From Actinomycetota bacterium (GTDB lineage Bacteria; Actinomycetota; Acidimicrobiia; Acidimicrobiales; Ilumatobacteraceae): DNA of 64,000 nucleotides. This document shows, one piece after another, positions 29,499 through 38,733 of this stretch; within the stretch, counting starts at the first letter, position 1, and each line of letters begins with the position of its first letter. The position numbers and the translations under genes were made by a program. The notes beneath the pieces were generated by a model, which had not been told where the DNA came from, ran no database searches, and saw nothing but the letters and a program-made list of their open reading frames with translations. The stretch is taken from the NCBI GenBank assembly GCA_046723555.1, contig JBKOUV010000016.1, forward strand, positions 160-64,159. Reading direction: 5' to 3'.

Positions 29499-30220
29499 GC
29501 AGGGTCGCCTTGCTCGCGGCCGCGATCACCGCCCTTACCGCGGGCTGCGGCATCGGCGGCGGCAGCAACCTCCAGCAGATCCGGTCGGAGGATCTCGCCG
29601 GCCTCGACCAGACGACGACGTCCACGACGACCACGACGACCACGACGGCCACGACGTTGCCGATCGACACCGCCGCCGGCACGACCACGATCGCGTCGAC
29701 GACGAGCACCGTCGCCACCGAACAGATCGAGCTGTACTACGTCGCCGGGAGCGTGCTCGAGTACGTGACCCAGGACGCCTTCCGCGGCATCACCCCGTTC
29801 GGAGTGCTGCGCGCGCTCGAGTCCGGTCCACCGCCGCCCGCCGTCGCCGTCGGGCTGACGTCGGCCCTCCCGGCCGGTGTCACACGCGGGGTCATCGAGT
29901 CGGGAACGGGAGTGGCGACGGTCGACCTTGTCGGTGACATCTTCGAGAACATCGAGGGCGGCGACGAGCAGCGGCGGGCGATCGCCCAGATCGTGCTCAC
30001 CCTGACCCGCCGGCCCGGGATCGGTCAGGTGAGCTTCACCCTCGATGGCGAGGACCTGCCGGTCCCCAAGCGCGGGAACGTGTTGAGCGAGCCGGGCGAA
30101 CCGGTCGCCCGCCAGGACTACGAATCGCTGCTCGAACAGGCCGACGTGACCCCGAGCCTTCCGCCAAGCACCGTCACGGCCACGACCACTCCAGAGTCCA
30201 CCGTGAAGATGGCCGAGTGA
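29495..30220 (+). CDS. GerMN-domain lipoprotein, short LpqB-like
   Basis: The only candidate start is TTG 29495, overlapping the kinase stop (TTGA). Lipobox ALTAGC and a Thr-rich linker, then a GerMN-like region (LYYVAG...GLTSALPAGV...GVATVDL...AQIVLTLT...VSFTLDG). About 241 aa. Confidence 0.7.
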   Translation: MSRVALLAAAITALTAGCGIGGGSNLQQIRSEDLAGLDQTTTSTTTTTTTTATTLPIDTAAGTTTIASTTSTVATEQIELYYVAGSVLEYVTQDAFRGITPFGVLRALESGPPPPAVAVGLTSALPAGVTRGVIESGTGVATVDLVGDIFENIEGGDEQRRAIAQIVLTLTRRPGIGQVSFTLDGEDLPVPKRGNVLSEPGEPVARQDYESLLEQADVTPSLPPSTVTATTTPESTVKMAE

Positions 30221-30227
30221 TGTCGGG

Positions 30228-31079
30228 TCAGTAGCCCAGGCGCTCGACGCGATCGGGCCGGCGCTGCCAGTCCTTGTCGACCTTCACCCGCAAGTCGAGG
30301 TACGTGCCCTCGGGGAGCTGTCGCCGGGCCCGCTCCCCCACTTGCTTGAGCACGCGGCCCCCCTTGCCGATGACGATCCCCTTCTGGCTGTCCCGCTCGA
30401 CGACGATCTCGACGGTGATGCGATTCCCCTCCCACTCACTCACCCGCGTGGCGATCGAGTACGGCAGCTCGTCGCGCGTGACGGCGAGGAGCTGCTCCCG
30501 GACGAGCTCGGCGATCCACTGCTCGTCGGGAACGTCGCGGACCGTGCCCGCGGGGAAGTACGGCGGGCCTTCCGGCAACCGGGCGACGAGGTGGTCGACC
30601 AGGGCCTCGAGGCCCTCACCGGTCCGCGCCGAGACCGGGAAGTACGACTCGGCCTCGAGTTCGCCCGCCGCGGCGAGCTGAGCCGCCACCTGCTCGCGCC
30701 GGGCGAGATCGATCTTGTTCACGACGACGACCGTCGACGGCAGATCGAGGTGGTCCGCCACCCAGCGGTCACCGGCGCCGAACGCCTCGGTGGCGTCGAG
30801 CACGAGCACCACGAGGTCGACGTCCGGATCGCGGTCGGCGACGCTCTCGATCGCGGTGGCGTTGACCTTGCGCCCGAGAGCGGTGACCGGCTTGTGCAGG
30901 CCCGGGGTGTCGACGAACACGACCTGGGCGTCGGGACGATCGAGCACCCCCCGTACCCGGTGACGCGTCGTCTGCGGCTTGTCCGACACGATCGAGATCT
31001 TCTCGCCGCAGATCGTGTTGACGAGCGAGGACTTGCCCACGTTGGGCCGGCCGACGAACGTCACGAACCCCGAGCGCAT
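30228..31079 (-). CDS. era: GTPase Era
   Basis: 283 aa. GRPNVGKSSLVN, DTPG, NKID, and a C-terminal KH domain (VERDSQKGIVIGKGG). Confidence 0.93.
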   Translation of the reverse strand: MRSGFVTFVGRPNVGKSSLVNTICGEKISIVSDKPQTTRHRVRGVLDRPDAQVVFVDTPGLHKPVTALGRKVNATAIESVADRDPDVDLVVLVLDATEAFGAGDRWVADHLDLPSTVVVVNKIDLARREQVAAQLAAAGELEAESYFPVSARTGEGLEALVDHLVARLPEGPPYFPAGTVRDVPDEQWIAELVREQLLAVTRDELPYSIATRVSEWEGNRITVEIVVERDSQKGIVIGKGGRVLKQVGERARRQLPEGTYLDLRVKVDKDWQRRPDRVERLGY

Positions 31080-31088
31080 CGCCGCCGA

Positions 31089-32642
31089 TCAGACGTTGGC
31101 GGTCCGGCCCGCCCAGTACGGGGCGCGCAGCTCGCGCTTGAGGAGCTTCCCGGAGCCGGTCTTGGGGAGCTCCTCCATCCAGGCGATCGAGCGGGGGACC
31201 TTGTAGCCGGCGAGGTGCTCACGGGCGTGGGCGAGGATGGCGGCCTCCGACAGGTCGGACCCCGGTCGCTTGACGATGACCGCGTGCACCGACTCGCCCC
31301 ACTCTTCCGACGGGATGCCGAAGACGGCCGCCTCGAACACATCCGGATGCTCCTCGAGGGCGGCCTCGATCTCGGCGGGGTAGACGTTCATGCCCCCCGT
31401 GATCACCATGTCCCGCTTGCGGTCGCAGATGTACAGGAAACCGTCGTCGTCCCGGTAGGCGATGTCGCCGACAGTCTGCCAGCCGTCGCGGTTCTCCTCC
31501 TCGAACTTGTCGTGCTGCTTGTAGTAGTCGGCGAACACGGCCGGGCTGCGCACGTACAGCTCACCGGTGGCCTCCGGTCCGGTGCCGTCGACCACGTTGC
31601 CGTCCTCGTCGTACAGCCGGATCTCGACCATCGGCGCCTCCTTGCCGCACGAGCCCGGCTTGCGCAGCTGGTCGTCCGGCCGGAGGATCGTGTTGACACC
31701 CAGCTCCGTCGAGCCGTACACCTCCCACAGCGAGTCAGCGGGGAAGTCGGCGACGTACTGCTGCTTCAGGGCGAAGCTCCACGGCGCCGCGTTGGCGACC
31801 ATGATCCGCATCGACGAGCGGTCGAAGCGGTCCTTCACGTCGGCGGGCAGGTTGCACACCATCCGGATCGGCGTCGGCGCCGAGAACGTCGACGTCACGC
31901 GGTACGTCTCGACGAGGCGGAGCCAGTCCTCCGGCTCGAACCGGCGCTGGAGCACGATCGTCTGGCCGAGCGCGATGGCCACCCCCATGAATCCCGACGG
32001 TCCGCTGTGGTACAGCGGTCCGGTCGTCAGGTACACGTCGTCGGGCGTGTAGCCCATGAGCTGCAGCATCGCCGCCGTCTGCGCCGGGTCGGCCGCGTCC
32101 ACCCGCAGCGCGCCCTTCGGCCGGCCGGTCGTGCCGGACGTGTAGATCATCGTCGCGGCCGCCCCCTCGGCATCCGGCGCGTCGAGCGGGTCCCCAGGCA
32201 CCGACGCGGTCAGCTCGTCGGCGGATGCCATCCCCGGCGGCGTCTCGCCGTCGTAGACGAGGAGCGTGCGCACCTTGGGGATCTGCTCGCGGATGCGGGC
32301 GAACAGCGGCGCCAGCTCGGCATCGACGTACACGACGGCGGCATCGCTGTGGTCGGTGACGTAGGCGGCCTCCTCATCAGAGAACCGGTAGTTCACCGGT
32401 ACCGCGGTCGCCCCGATCTTGCGCGCCGCGTGTACCAGGTTGACGACACCCTCGGAGTTCTGCCCGCACCACGCCACCTTGACCCCCGGGCCGAGTCCAC
32501 GGTCGGCGAGGACACGCGCCAGCCGGTTGGACGTGGCGTCGAGCTCGGCGAACGTGAACGTGCGGACCTCGCCGCCGGCACGGTCGTCGACCAGGGCGAG
32601 CTTGTCCGGGTGCAGCTGGGCGTAGGCGGTGAGGACGTCCAT
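31089..32642 (-). CDS. AMP-dependent acyl-CoA synthetase/ligase
   Basis: Trimmed to ATG 32642 (MDVLTAYAQLHPDKLALVD...); ATG 32651 is also possible. MIYTSGTTGRPKGA, GSTE, GDIAYRDDDGFLYICDRKRDMVITGGMNVYP. The stop lies 9 nt upstream of the era start. Confidence 0.88.
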   Translation of the reverse strand: MDVLTAYAQLHPDKLALVDDRAGGEVRTFTFAELDATSNRLARVLADRGLGPGVKVAWCGQNSEGVVNLVHAARKIGATAVPVNYRFSDEEAAYVTDHSDAAVVYVDAELAPLFARIREQIPKVRTLLVYDGETPPGMASADELTASVPGDPLDAPDAEGAAATMIYTSGTTGRPKGALRVDAADPAQTAAMLQLMGYTPDDVYLTTGPLYHSGPSGFMGVAIALGQTIVLQRRFEPEDWLRLVETYRVTSTFSAPTPIRMVCNLPADVKDRFDRSSMRIMVANAAPWSFALKQQYVADFPADSLWEVYGSTELGVNTILRPDDQLRKPGSCGKEAPMVEIRLYDEDGNVVDGTGPEATGELYVRSPAVFADYYKQHDKFEEENRDGWQTVGDIAYRDDDGFLYICDRKRDMVITGGMNVYPAEIEAALEEHPDVFEAAVFGIPSEEWGESVHAVIVKRPGSDLSEAAILAHAREHLAGYKVPRSIAWMEELPKTGSGKLLKRELRAPYWAGRTANV

Positions 32643-32687
32643 AGCCGGCATTCGTACCACGCAAGGAGGGTTTGCCATGCTGGCGGG

Positions 32688-33146
32688 ATGGCTGCACGCA
32701 CGATCAACGGCATCGACGAGCTGCGCACGCTTTCCGGCGAGCACCTCGGCTACAGCGACTGGGTCGAGATCACCCAGGAGATGGTCAACCGGTTCGCCGA
32801 CGCCACCGGCGACCACCAGTGGATCCACGTCGACGTCGAGCGGGCCAAGGCCGGGCCGTTCGGCGCGCCGATCGCCCACGGATATCTCACGCTCTCGCTC
32901 GGCCCGCGGCTGGCGCCGGAGATCTACGCCGTCAGCGGCGTGTCGATGGGCGTGAACTACGGCGCCGACCGGATCCGCTTCCCCGCCCCGGTCCCCGTCG
33001 GCTCGAAGCTTCGGCTGGGTGCCAAGCTGCTCGAGGTCACCGAGATCGCGGGCGGCGCGCAGATGAAGATGGAGTTCTCCTTCGAGGTCGAAGGGGCCAG
33101 CAAGCCGTCGTGCGTCGCCGAGGTGCTGTTCCGCGTCTATACCTGA
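32688..33146 (+). CDS. MaoC-like (R)-hydratase / hotdog-fold dehydratase
   Basis: 152 aa from ATG 32688. FADATGDHQWIHVDVERAK...PIAHGYLTLSL. Confidence 0.85.
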   Translation: MAARTINGIDELRTLSGEHLGYSDWVEITQEMVNRFADATGDHQWIHVDVERAKAGPFGAPIAHGYLTLSLGPRLAPEIYAVSGVSMGVNYGADRIRFPAPVPVGSKLRLGAKLLEVTEIAGGAQMKMEFSFEVEGASKPSCVAEVLFRVYT

Positions 33147-34033
33147 TCCGAACGGTTCGCCCCGAGGAAGCCGGTGATGGCGCGGAACGTCCGCTGGGGT
33201 TGCTCGAGGTAGGCGAAGTGGCCGCAGTCGCTCAGGACCTCCAGCCGGGCGTCGGGGATCGCATCAGCGATGTGACGGGCGACCGCGAGCGGAATGAGGT
33301 CGGTGGCGCCGTGGATGATCAGCGTGGGCACCCGGAGCTGCGCGAGCCGGGCCAGCAGGTCGTAGTCCGGAGCTCGCCAGGTCTGCTCGTACAGATGCTC
33401 CTCGATAGCCCGAGCGGCGACGATGCCGTCGTTGGAGAAGCTGCGCCGGAGGCGACCGACCACGTTGTCCACGAGCTCTGCTCTTCGCAGCGCGGTGGCG
33501 AAGTGGATCCGGTAGTAGGCGGCGTCGGCGTCGACGTCGCCCCGCCGAAAGTCGGGGTCGGCTCGGAGCGCGGCCATGGCGTCCAGCTGCTCGGCTGACC
33601 GCTGGGCCTGCAGGCTCGCGCGCAGGGTCGTGGCGTCGTCGGGCGACGCCGGGGCCGGGCTGATCAGGATCACGTGGGAGACGGTCGCCGGCAACGCCAG
33701 CGCGTACTCCATCGCCACCAACGCGCCCCACGAGTGCCCCAGGACCGCGATCGAACCGAGCTGCAGCTCCCGCCGAATCGCGTCGAGGTCCTCGATCTCA
33801 CTGCCCAATGTGATGTCGCGGGCGCCCTCGCCGGAGTACGAGCGACCTCGGCCGCGCTGGTCGTAGTAGACGAGGCGGCACTCGTCGGCCAGCCGATCGA
33901 GTTCCGGCAGCAGGTATTCGTGGTCGAAGTCCGGGCCACCGTGCACCACCACGACCGGACGTCCTGCGCCCACGTCCCGGACGTAGAGCCGGGCCGATCC
34001 TGACCTGACGAAACGTTCACGGGCCTCCGGCAC
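33137..34033 (-). CDS. Alpha/beta hydrolase (proline iminopeptidase-like)
   Basis: 298 aa with a GTG start. VVVVHGGPDFDHEYL, nucleophile elbow LGHSWGA, and a C-terminal CGHFAYLEQP. Confidence 0.85.
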   Translation of the reverse strand: MPEARERFVRSGSARLYVRDVGAGRPVVVVHGGPDFDHEYLLPELDRLADECRLVYYDQRGRGRSYSGEGARDITLGSEIEDLDAIRRELQLGSIAVLGHSWGALVAMEYALALPATVSHVILISPAPASPDDATTLRASLQAQRSAEQLDAMAALRADPDFRRGDVDADAAYYRIHFATALRRAELVDNVVGRLRRSFSNDGIVAARAIEEHLYEQTWRAPDYDLLARLAQLRVPTLIIHGATDLIPLAVARHIADAIPDARLEVLSDCGHFAYLEQPQRTFRAITGFLGANRSDQV

Positions 34034-34061
34034 TGCGGCCGAACCCTATGACTCGCGTGAT

Positions 34062-35030
34062 TCAGCGGAACTGCGGGATGACGTCGCGGGCGAGCAACGT
34101 CAGCGTCTCGGTGTCGGGGTAGTCGGAGCACCACGTGATGAAGCCCCGGCAGCCGAGGTCGAGGTAGGTCTCGATCTTCTCGCAGACCTGCTCGGGTGTG
34201 CCGACGAGGTTGCTGGCCCGCCAGCTCTCGGCGGCCTCGCCCCACAGGCTCTTGCTCCCCGCCGCCAGCACTTCCGCCTCGGTGCTGCGGATGAAGACCT
34301 CGGGTGACCACGTCTTGCGGATCGTGGCCTCGTCCCGTCCGACGTCGGCGCAGTGCGCCTTCAGCACCTCCCGCTTGTGTGCCCACACGTCGGGATTTCC
34401 GCCGAAGTTCGAGCAGTCGGCGTGACGGGCGACGACCCGCAGCGTCAACTGTTCACCGCCACCCCCGATCCACACCGGCGGGTGCGGCGCCTGCAGCGGC
34501 TTGGGGTCGCAGTTGGCGCGGGACACGTCGTAGTACGCGCCGCGGTACGTCGTCTCCGGTTCGGTCCACATGCTCTTGACGATCTCGACCGTCTCGCGCA
34601 GCATCCCGATGCGATCCTTCGGCGCCGGGAACTCGTAGCCGTAGCCGCGGTACTCGTTCTCGTACCAGCCGGCGCCGATCCCCCAGTCGAGGCGCCCGCC
34701 CGAGATGACGTCGACGTTGGACGTGATCTTCGCCAGCAGCGAGGGGCTGCGGTAGCTGTTGCACCCCACCATCTGCCCGAGGCGGACGCGGCTGGTCCGC
34801 TGGCTGATCGCGGCCATGGTCGTCCAGCATTCGAAGACCGTCTCGTGGGCTGGGCGGGGGACGTTGTGGAAGTGGTCGTAGACCCAGATCGAGTCGTACC
34901 CGAGCTCCTCGGCGAGCACGGCGATCTCGACCGCCTTGATCCACTTCGCCGCGGCCCCTTCGATGGCGGCGAGCTCCATCTTCCAACCCTGCGGCATGAA
35001 CGCCCCGAACACGATGGTGTCATCGCTCAT
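34062..35030 (-). CDS. Luciferase-like monooxygenase (LLM) class oxidoreductase, probably F420-dependent
   Basis: Trimmed to ATG 35030 (MSDDTIVFGAFMPQGW...). YDSIWVYDHF, ISGGRLDWGIGAGW, WIGGGGEQ. Confidence 0.85.
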   Translation of the reverse strand: MSDDTIVFGAFMPQGWKMELAAIEGAAAKWIKAVEIAVLAEELGYDSIWVYDHFHNVPRPAHETVFECWTTMAAISQRTSRVRLGQMVGCNSYRSPSLLAKITSNVDVISGGRLDWGIGAGWYENEYRGYGYEFPAPKDRIGMLRETVEIVKSMWTEPETTYRGAYYDVSRANCDPKPLQAPHPPVWIGGGGEQLTLRVVARHADCSNFGGNPDVWAHKREVLKAHCADVGRDEATIRKTWSPEVFIRSTEAEVLAAGSKSLWGEAAESWRASNLVGTPEQVCEKIETYLDLGCRGFITWCSDYPDTETLTLLARDVIPQFR

Positions 35031-35100
35031 CACCCGCAACGTAGTGTCACGCGGCGGCGGGTTCGGACTCCGTGCTCGGACTGTCCTACCGTCGGGTTGC

Positions 35101-36723
35101 ATGGCGGAACCGGACGTCGCCACGGTGCACGAGGCGATCGCCGAGCAGCGTCGGGACGCGGTGTGCCTGGTGGCGGGAGGCCGGCGGCTGACGTGGACCG
35201 ACGTCTCGGACCGCACCCGCCGGCTGGCCAACCACCTCGTCGCCCACGGGCTCGGGTGCCACACCGAACGGGACCGCCTGGCCGGGCACGAGAGCGGGCA
35301 GGACCACCTCGCCATCTACCTGCACAACGGGAACGAGTTCCTCGAGAGCATGCTCGGCGCGTTCAAGGCCCGGGTCGCTCCGGTCAACGTCAACTACCGC
35401 TACGTGACCGACGAGCTGCGCTACCTCCTCAGCGACTGCGGGGCGGCGGCGATCGTCGTGCACTCGGCGCTCGCCCCGACCCTCGCCGCGGTCCGTGACG
35501 CGCTCCCCGGGCTCCGGCTGATCCTCCAGGTCGGCGACGACTCGGGCCACGACCTGTTGCCGGGGGCGACGTGGTACGAGGACGCCCTCGCCGCGTCATC
35601 GGGTCGGCGGCCGGACGTGCCGTGGGACCCGGACGACCTGTACGTGCTGTACACGGGCGGCACCACCGGCCGACCCAAGGGTGTGCTCTGGCGCAACGGC
35701 GACGCGTTGGTCGAGTGCTTCGGCGGATCGACTGCGGCGACCGACGTGGCCGGATTCGTCGCCGAGGCCAGTGGCGGGTTCCGGACCCTCGTCACCCCGC
35801 CGTTGATGCACGGCGCCGGCCAGTGGGTGGCGTTCCGGACGTGGTTGAGCGGCGGGAGCGTGTTCGTGGGCTCCCGCCTCGGCCGGCTCGACCCGCCGGA
35901 CGTGTGGCGGACGATCGAGCGCGAGCGGATCGAGTTCGTGCTGATCGCCGGGGACGCCTTCGCCGGCGCGCTCCTCGACGAGCTCGACCGACATTCGTAC
36001 GACCTGTCCAGCCTCAACGTCGTCCTGTCCGGCGGGGCGGCGCTGTCACTCCCGCACAAGCAGGCCCTGCTCGAGCGCCTGCCGACCGTGATGCTCGTGG
36101 ACGGGCTCGGGTCGTCGGAGGCCGGTGGCCAGCTCGCCCACGTGTCGACCGCGAGCCGGGCGGCGTCGGGCCGGTTCCCATCGCGGCCGGGCAACCACGT
36201 GCTCTCGGCCGCGCTCGATCGTGAGCTGGCCGCCGGCGAGGACGAGGTCGGCTGGCTGGCGAAGTCCGGGCGGATGGCGCTCGGCTACCTCGGCGACCCG
36301 GAGGCCACGGCGCAGACGTACCCGGTGATCGGCGGCCGGCGGTACGCGGTGCCCGGCGACCGGGCGCGGCTGGACGCCGGCGGCGAGATCGAGCTGTGCG
36401 GTCGCGACGCGGTCACGATCGTCTCGGGCGGGGAGAAGATCTTCGCCGAGGAGGTGGAGGCGGCGATCAAGACTCATCCCGCCGTCTACGACTGCGTCGT
36501 CGCCGGCCGGCCGAGCGAGCGCTGGGGCGACGAGGTGGTCGCGGTCGTGCGCCGGCGCCACGGATCCGACGTCGAGGCCGCCCAACTGCTCGACGCGGCG
36601 GCTCAGAAGCTCGCCCGGTACAAACTCCCGAAGGCGATCGTGTTCGTCGACGCGATCGAGCGCTCGCCGTCGGGCAAGGCCGACTACCGCTGGGCGCGGG
36701 AGATCGTCGCCGCGCACTCGTAG
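35101..36723 (+). CDS. AMP-dependent acyl-CoA synthetase
   Basis: ATG 35101. 540 aa. VLYTGGTTGRPKGVLWRNGD, GSSEAG, PGDRARLDAGGEIELCGRDAVTIVSGGEKIF. Confidence 0.88.
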   Translation: MAEPDVATVHEAIAEQRRDAVCLVAGGRRLTWTDVSDRTRRLANHLVAHGLGCHTERDRLAGHESGQDHLAIYLHNGNEFLESMLGAFKARVAPVNVNYRYVTDELRYLLSDCGAAAIVVHSALAPTLAAVRDALPGLRLILQVGDDSGHDLLPGATWYEDALAASSGRRPDVPWDPDDLYVLYTGGTTGRPKGVLWRNGDALVECFGGSTAATDVAGFVAEASGGFRTLVTPPLMHGAGQWVAFRTWLSGGSVFVGSRLGRLDPPDVWRTIERERIEFVLIAGDAFAGALLDELDRHSYDLSSLNVVLSGGAALSLPHKQALLERLPTVMLVDGLGSSEAGGQLAHVSTASRAASGRFPSRPGNHVLSAALDRELAAGEDEVGWLAKSGRMALGYLGDPEATAQTYPVIGGRRYAVPGDRARLDAGGEIELCGRDAVTIVSGGEKIFAEEVEAAIKTHPAVYDCVVAGRPSERWGDEVVAVVRRRHGSDVEAAQLLDAAAQKLARYKLPKAIVFVDAIERSPSGKADYRWAREIVAAHS

Positions 36724-36733
36724 TCTGCATTCG

Positions 36734-37444
36734 ATGGCTGCGCCGACGTCGTGGGACCGCGACACCCTCCCGCAGGGCGACGAGAAGCGCGACGCGGTGC
36801 GTGACATGTTCGACGCCATCGCCCCCCGGTACGACCTGGTGAACCGGGTGATGACGTTCCGCCTCGACGTGCGGTGGCGGCGGCAGGCGGTGCGGGCACT
36901 CCAGCTCCCCCCCGGGAGCCTGGTCCTCGACCTGGCCAGCGGCACCGGGGACCTGTGCGCCGACGTCCGGGACGCCGGCCACCGGCCGATCTCGATCGAC
37001 CTCAGCGCCGGCATGCTGCGCGCCGATCACAGCGGGGCGCCGCGGGTGCAGGCCGACATCGTCCGGCTGCCGGTCCCCGACGGCATCGCCGACGGGGCGA
37101 CGTGCGGGTTCGCGTTGCGCAACCTCGTCGCCCTCGATCCATTCTTCGCCGAGCTCGGCCGGGTGGTGCGGCCGGGTGGCCGGATCGCCTTGCTCGACGT
37201 GGGCGTGCCGCCGAACCGGGTGGTGCGCTGGGGTCACCGCGTGTACTTCGGGCGGGTGGTGCCGCGGATCGGTGGCTGGCTGTCGGACCCCGCCGCCTAC
37301 CGCTACCTGCCGCGCAGCGTGGCCTACTTGCCCGAGCCGGCGGAGATGGTGGCGATGCTGCGCCGCGCCGGGTTCGGCGACGCCTCGCACCGGACCCTCA
37401 GCGGCGGGATCACCCAGCTCCTCACCGGCACGCGCGATCGCTGA
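36734..37444 (+). CDS. menG: Demethylmenaquinone methyltransferase (UbiE/MenG family)
   Basis: 236 aa. VRDMFDAIAPRYDLVNRVMTFRLDVRWRR, SAM motif VLDLASGTGD, and FALRNL. Confidence 0.88.
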   Translation: MAAPTSWDRDTLPQGDEKRDAVRDMFDAIAPRYDLVNRVMTFRLDVRWRRQAVRALQLPPGSLVLDLASGTGDLCADVRDAGHRPISIDLSAGMLRADHSGAPRVQADIVRLPVPDGIADGATCGFALRNLVALDPFFAELGRVVRPGGRIALLDVGVPPNRVVRWGHRVYFGRVVPRIGGWLSDPAAYRYLPRSVAYLPEPAEMVAMLRRAGFGDASHRTLSGGITQLLTGTRDR

Positions 37445-38646
37445 TGCGCGCGATCACCCGTCCCGCTGACGACGCCGTCGCCGCGCTCGACCTCAACGAC
37501 ATCGCGCGCGACGACGGCTTCCTGTTCGTCCGGAACGGGGCCGGGATCGCCGGGCGCGGCGTCGCCGCGCGGATCGCCGTGGAGGCCGGTCCGGCGTTCC
37601 TCGCCTCGATCGAGCACGTCGACGAGCGCGGCGGTGCGGGCGCGGGTGCCGGCGCTGGTCCGATCGCGATCGGTTGGGTCCCGTTCACCCCCGGCGCGCC
37701 CGGTGAGCTGGTCGTCCCCGCCGTGGTGGTTGGCAAGGGGCCGGACGAACGGCACTGGGTGACGAGCATCGACGGCGCCGATGAGGAGCTGGCGCCGCCT
37801 CGTCCGCCCCAACCGTCGGCGGCCGGCTACCGGATCGAACCGGTGACGCCGGTCGAGCAGTACCTGGAAGCCGTGCGGGCGGCCCGGGACGCGGTGCGCG
37901 ACGGGGGTCTGACGAAGGCGGTGATCGCCCGTGAGATCTTGGTCGTCGCCGATCGGCCGATCGATCGCCACAGCGTGCTTCATCGGCTGAAGGCGTCGTT
38001 CGGGTCGAGTTACCGCTTCGCCGTCGACGGGTTCGTCGGCGCGTCCCCGGAGCTGCTCGTCGAGGTCGACGGCCCGGACGTGCGGTCGCGCCCACTCGCC
38101 GGCACCGCGCCGCGGACCGGTGACATCGAGCGCGACGCCGAGATCGCCGAGGCGCTGGTGGCGAGCACGAAGAACCAGGTCGAGCACCGGGTGGTGATCG
38201 ACGTCGTCCACGACACCCTGCTGCCGTGGTGCAGCTACCTCGACTGGGAGCCCGACCCGTCGATCGTCACGGTGGCGAACGTGCAGCACCTCGGGACCCG
38301 GATCGAGGGGCGGCTGTCGTCGCCACCGCCGAGCGTGCTCGAGTTGGTGCGGGCGCTGAGCCCGACGCCGGCGCTGGGCGGGCACCCGCGGGACGAGGCG
38401 CTGGCGCTCATCGCCAAGGTCGAAGGCGTGGAGCGGGACCGCTACGGGGGCGCCGTCGGGTGGGTCGACGCCGCGGGCAACGGCACTTGGGCGGTCGCCA
38501 TCCGGTGCGCCGACCTGTCGGACGACCGCTGCCGAGCCCGGCTCCACGCCGGCGGGGGCATCGTCGCCGACAGCGATCCCCTCGTCGAGCTCGCCGAGAC
38601 CCAGGCCAAGTTCCAGGCGATGCTGTCCGCGCTCATCCGCCCCTAG
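37444..38646 (+). CDS. menF: Isochorismate synthase
   Basis: The ATG overlaps the menG stop. 400 aa. KAVIAREI, RSRPLAGTAPR, VEHRVVID, PTPALGG, GWVDAAGNGTWAVAIRCA, chorismate-binding family. Confidence 0.85.
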   Translation: MRAITRPADDAVAALDLNDIARDDGFLFVRNGAGIAGRGVAARIAVEAGPAFLASIEHVDERGGAGAGAGAGPIAIGWVPFTPGAPGELVVPAVVVGKGPDERHWVTSIDGADEELAPPRPPQPSAAGYRIEPVTPVEQYLEAVRAARDAVRDGGLTKAVIAREILVVADRPIDRHSVLHRLKASFGSSYRFAVDGFVGASPELLVEVDGPDVRSRPLAGTAPRTGDIERDAEIAEALVASTKNQVEHRVVIDVVHDTLLPWCSYLDWEPDPSIVTVANVQHLGTRIEGRLSSPPPSVLELVRALSPTPALGGHPRDEALALIAKVEGVERDRYGGAVGWVDAAGNGTWAVAIRCADLSDDRCRARLHAGGGIVADSDPLVELAETQAKFQAMLSALIRP

Positions 38647-38650
38647 GCAT

Positions 38651-38730
38651 CCGAGGGTTTCACGCCATCCGAGGGTTTCGCGCGACACGTGTCTGCAGGA
38701 GACCCTCGGATGACACGAAACCCTCGGGTG
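38651..38730. repeat. Structured intergenic repeat, family 1 copy B
   Basis: CCGAGGGTTTCACG-ccat-CCGAGGGTTTCGCG-cgacacgtgtctgca-GGAGACCCTCGG-atgaca-CGAAACCCTCGG-gtgg. Lies between the convergent menF and menD stops. The centre contains the palindrome GACACGTGTC. Confidence 0.85.
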
Positions 38731-38733
38731 GGG

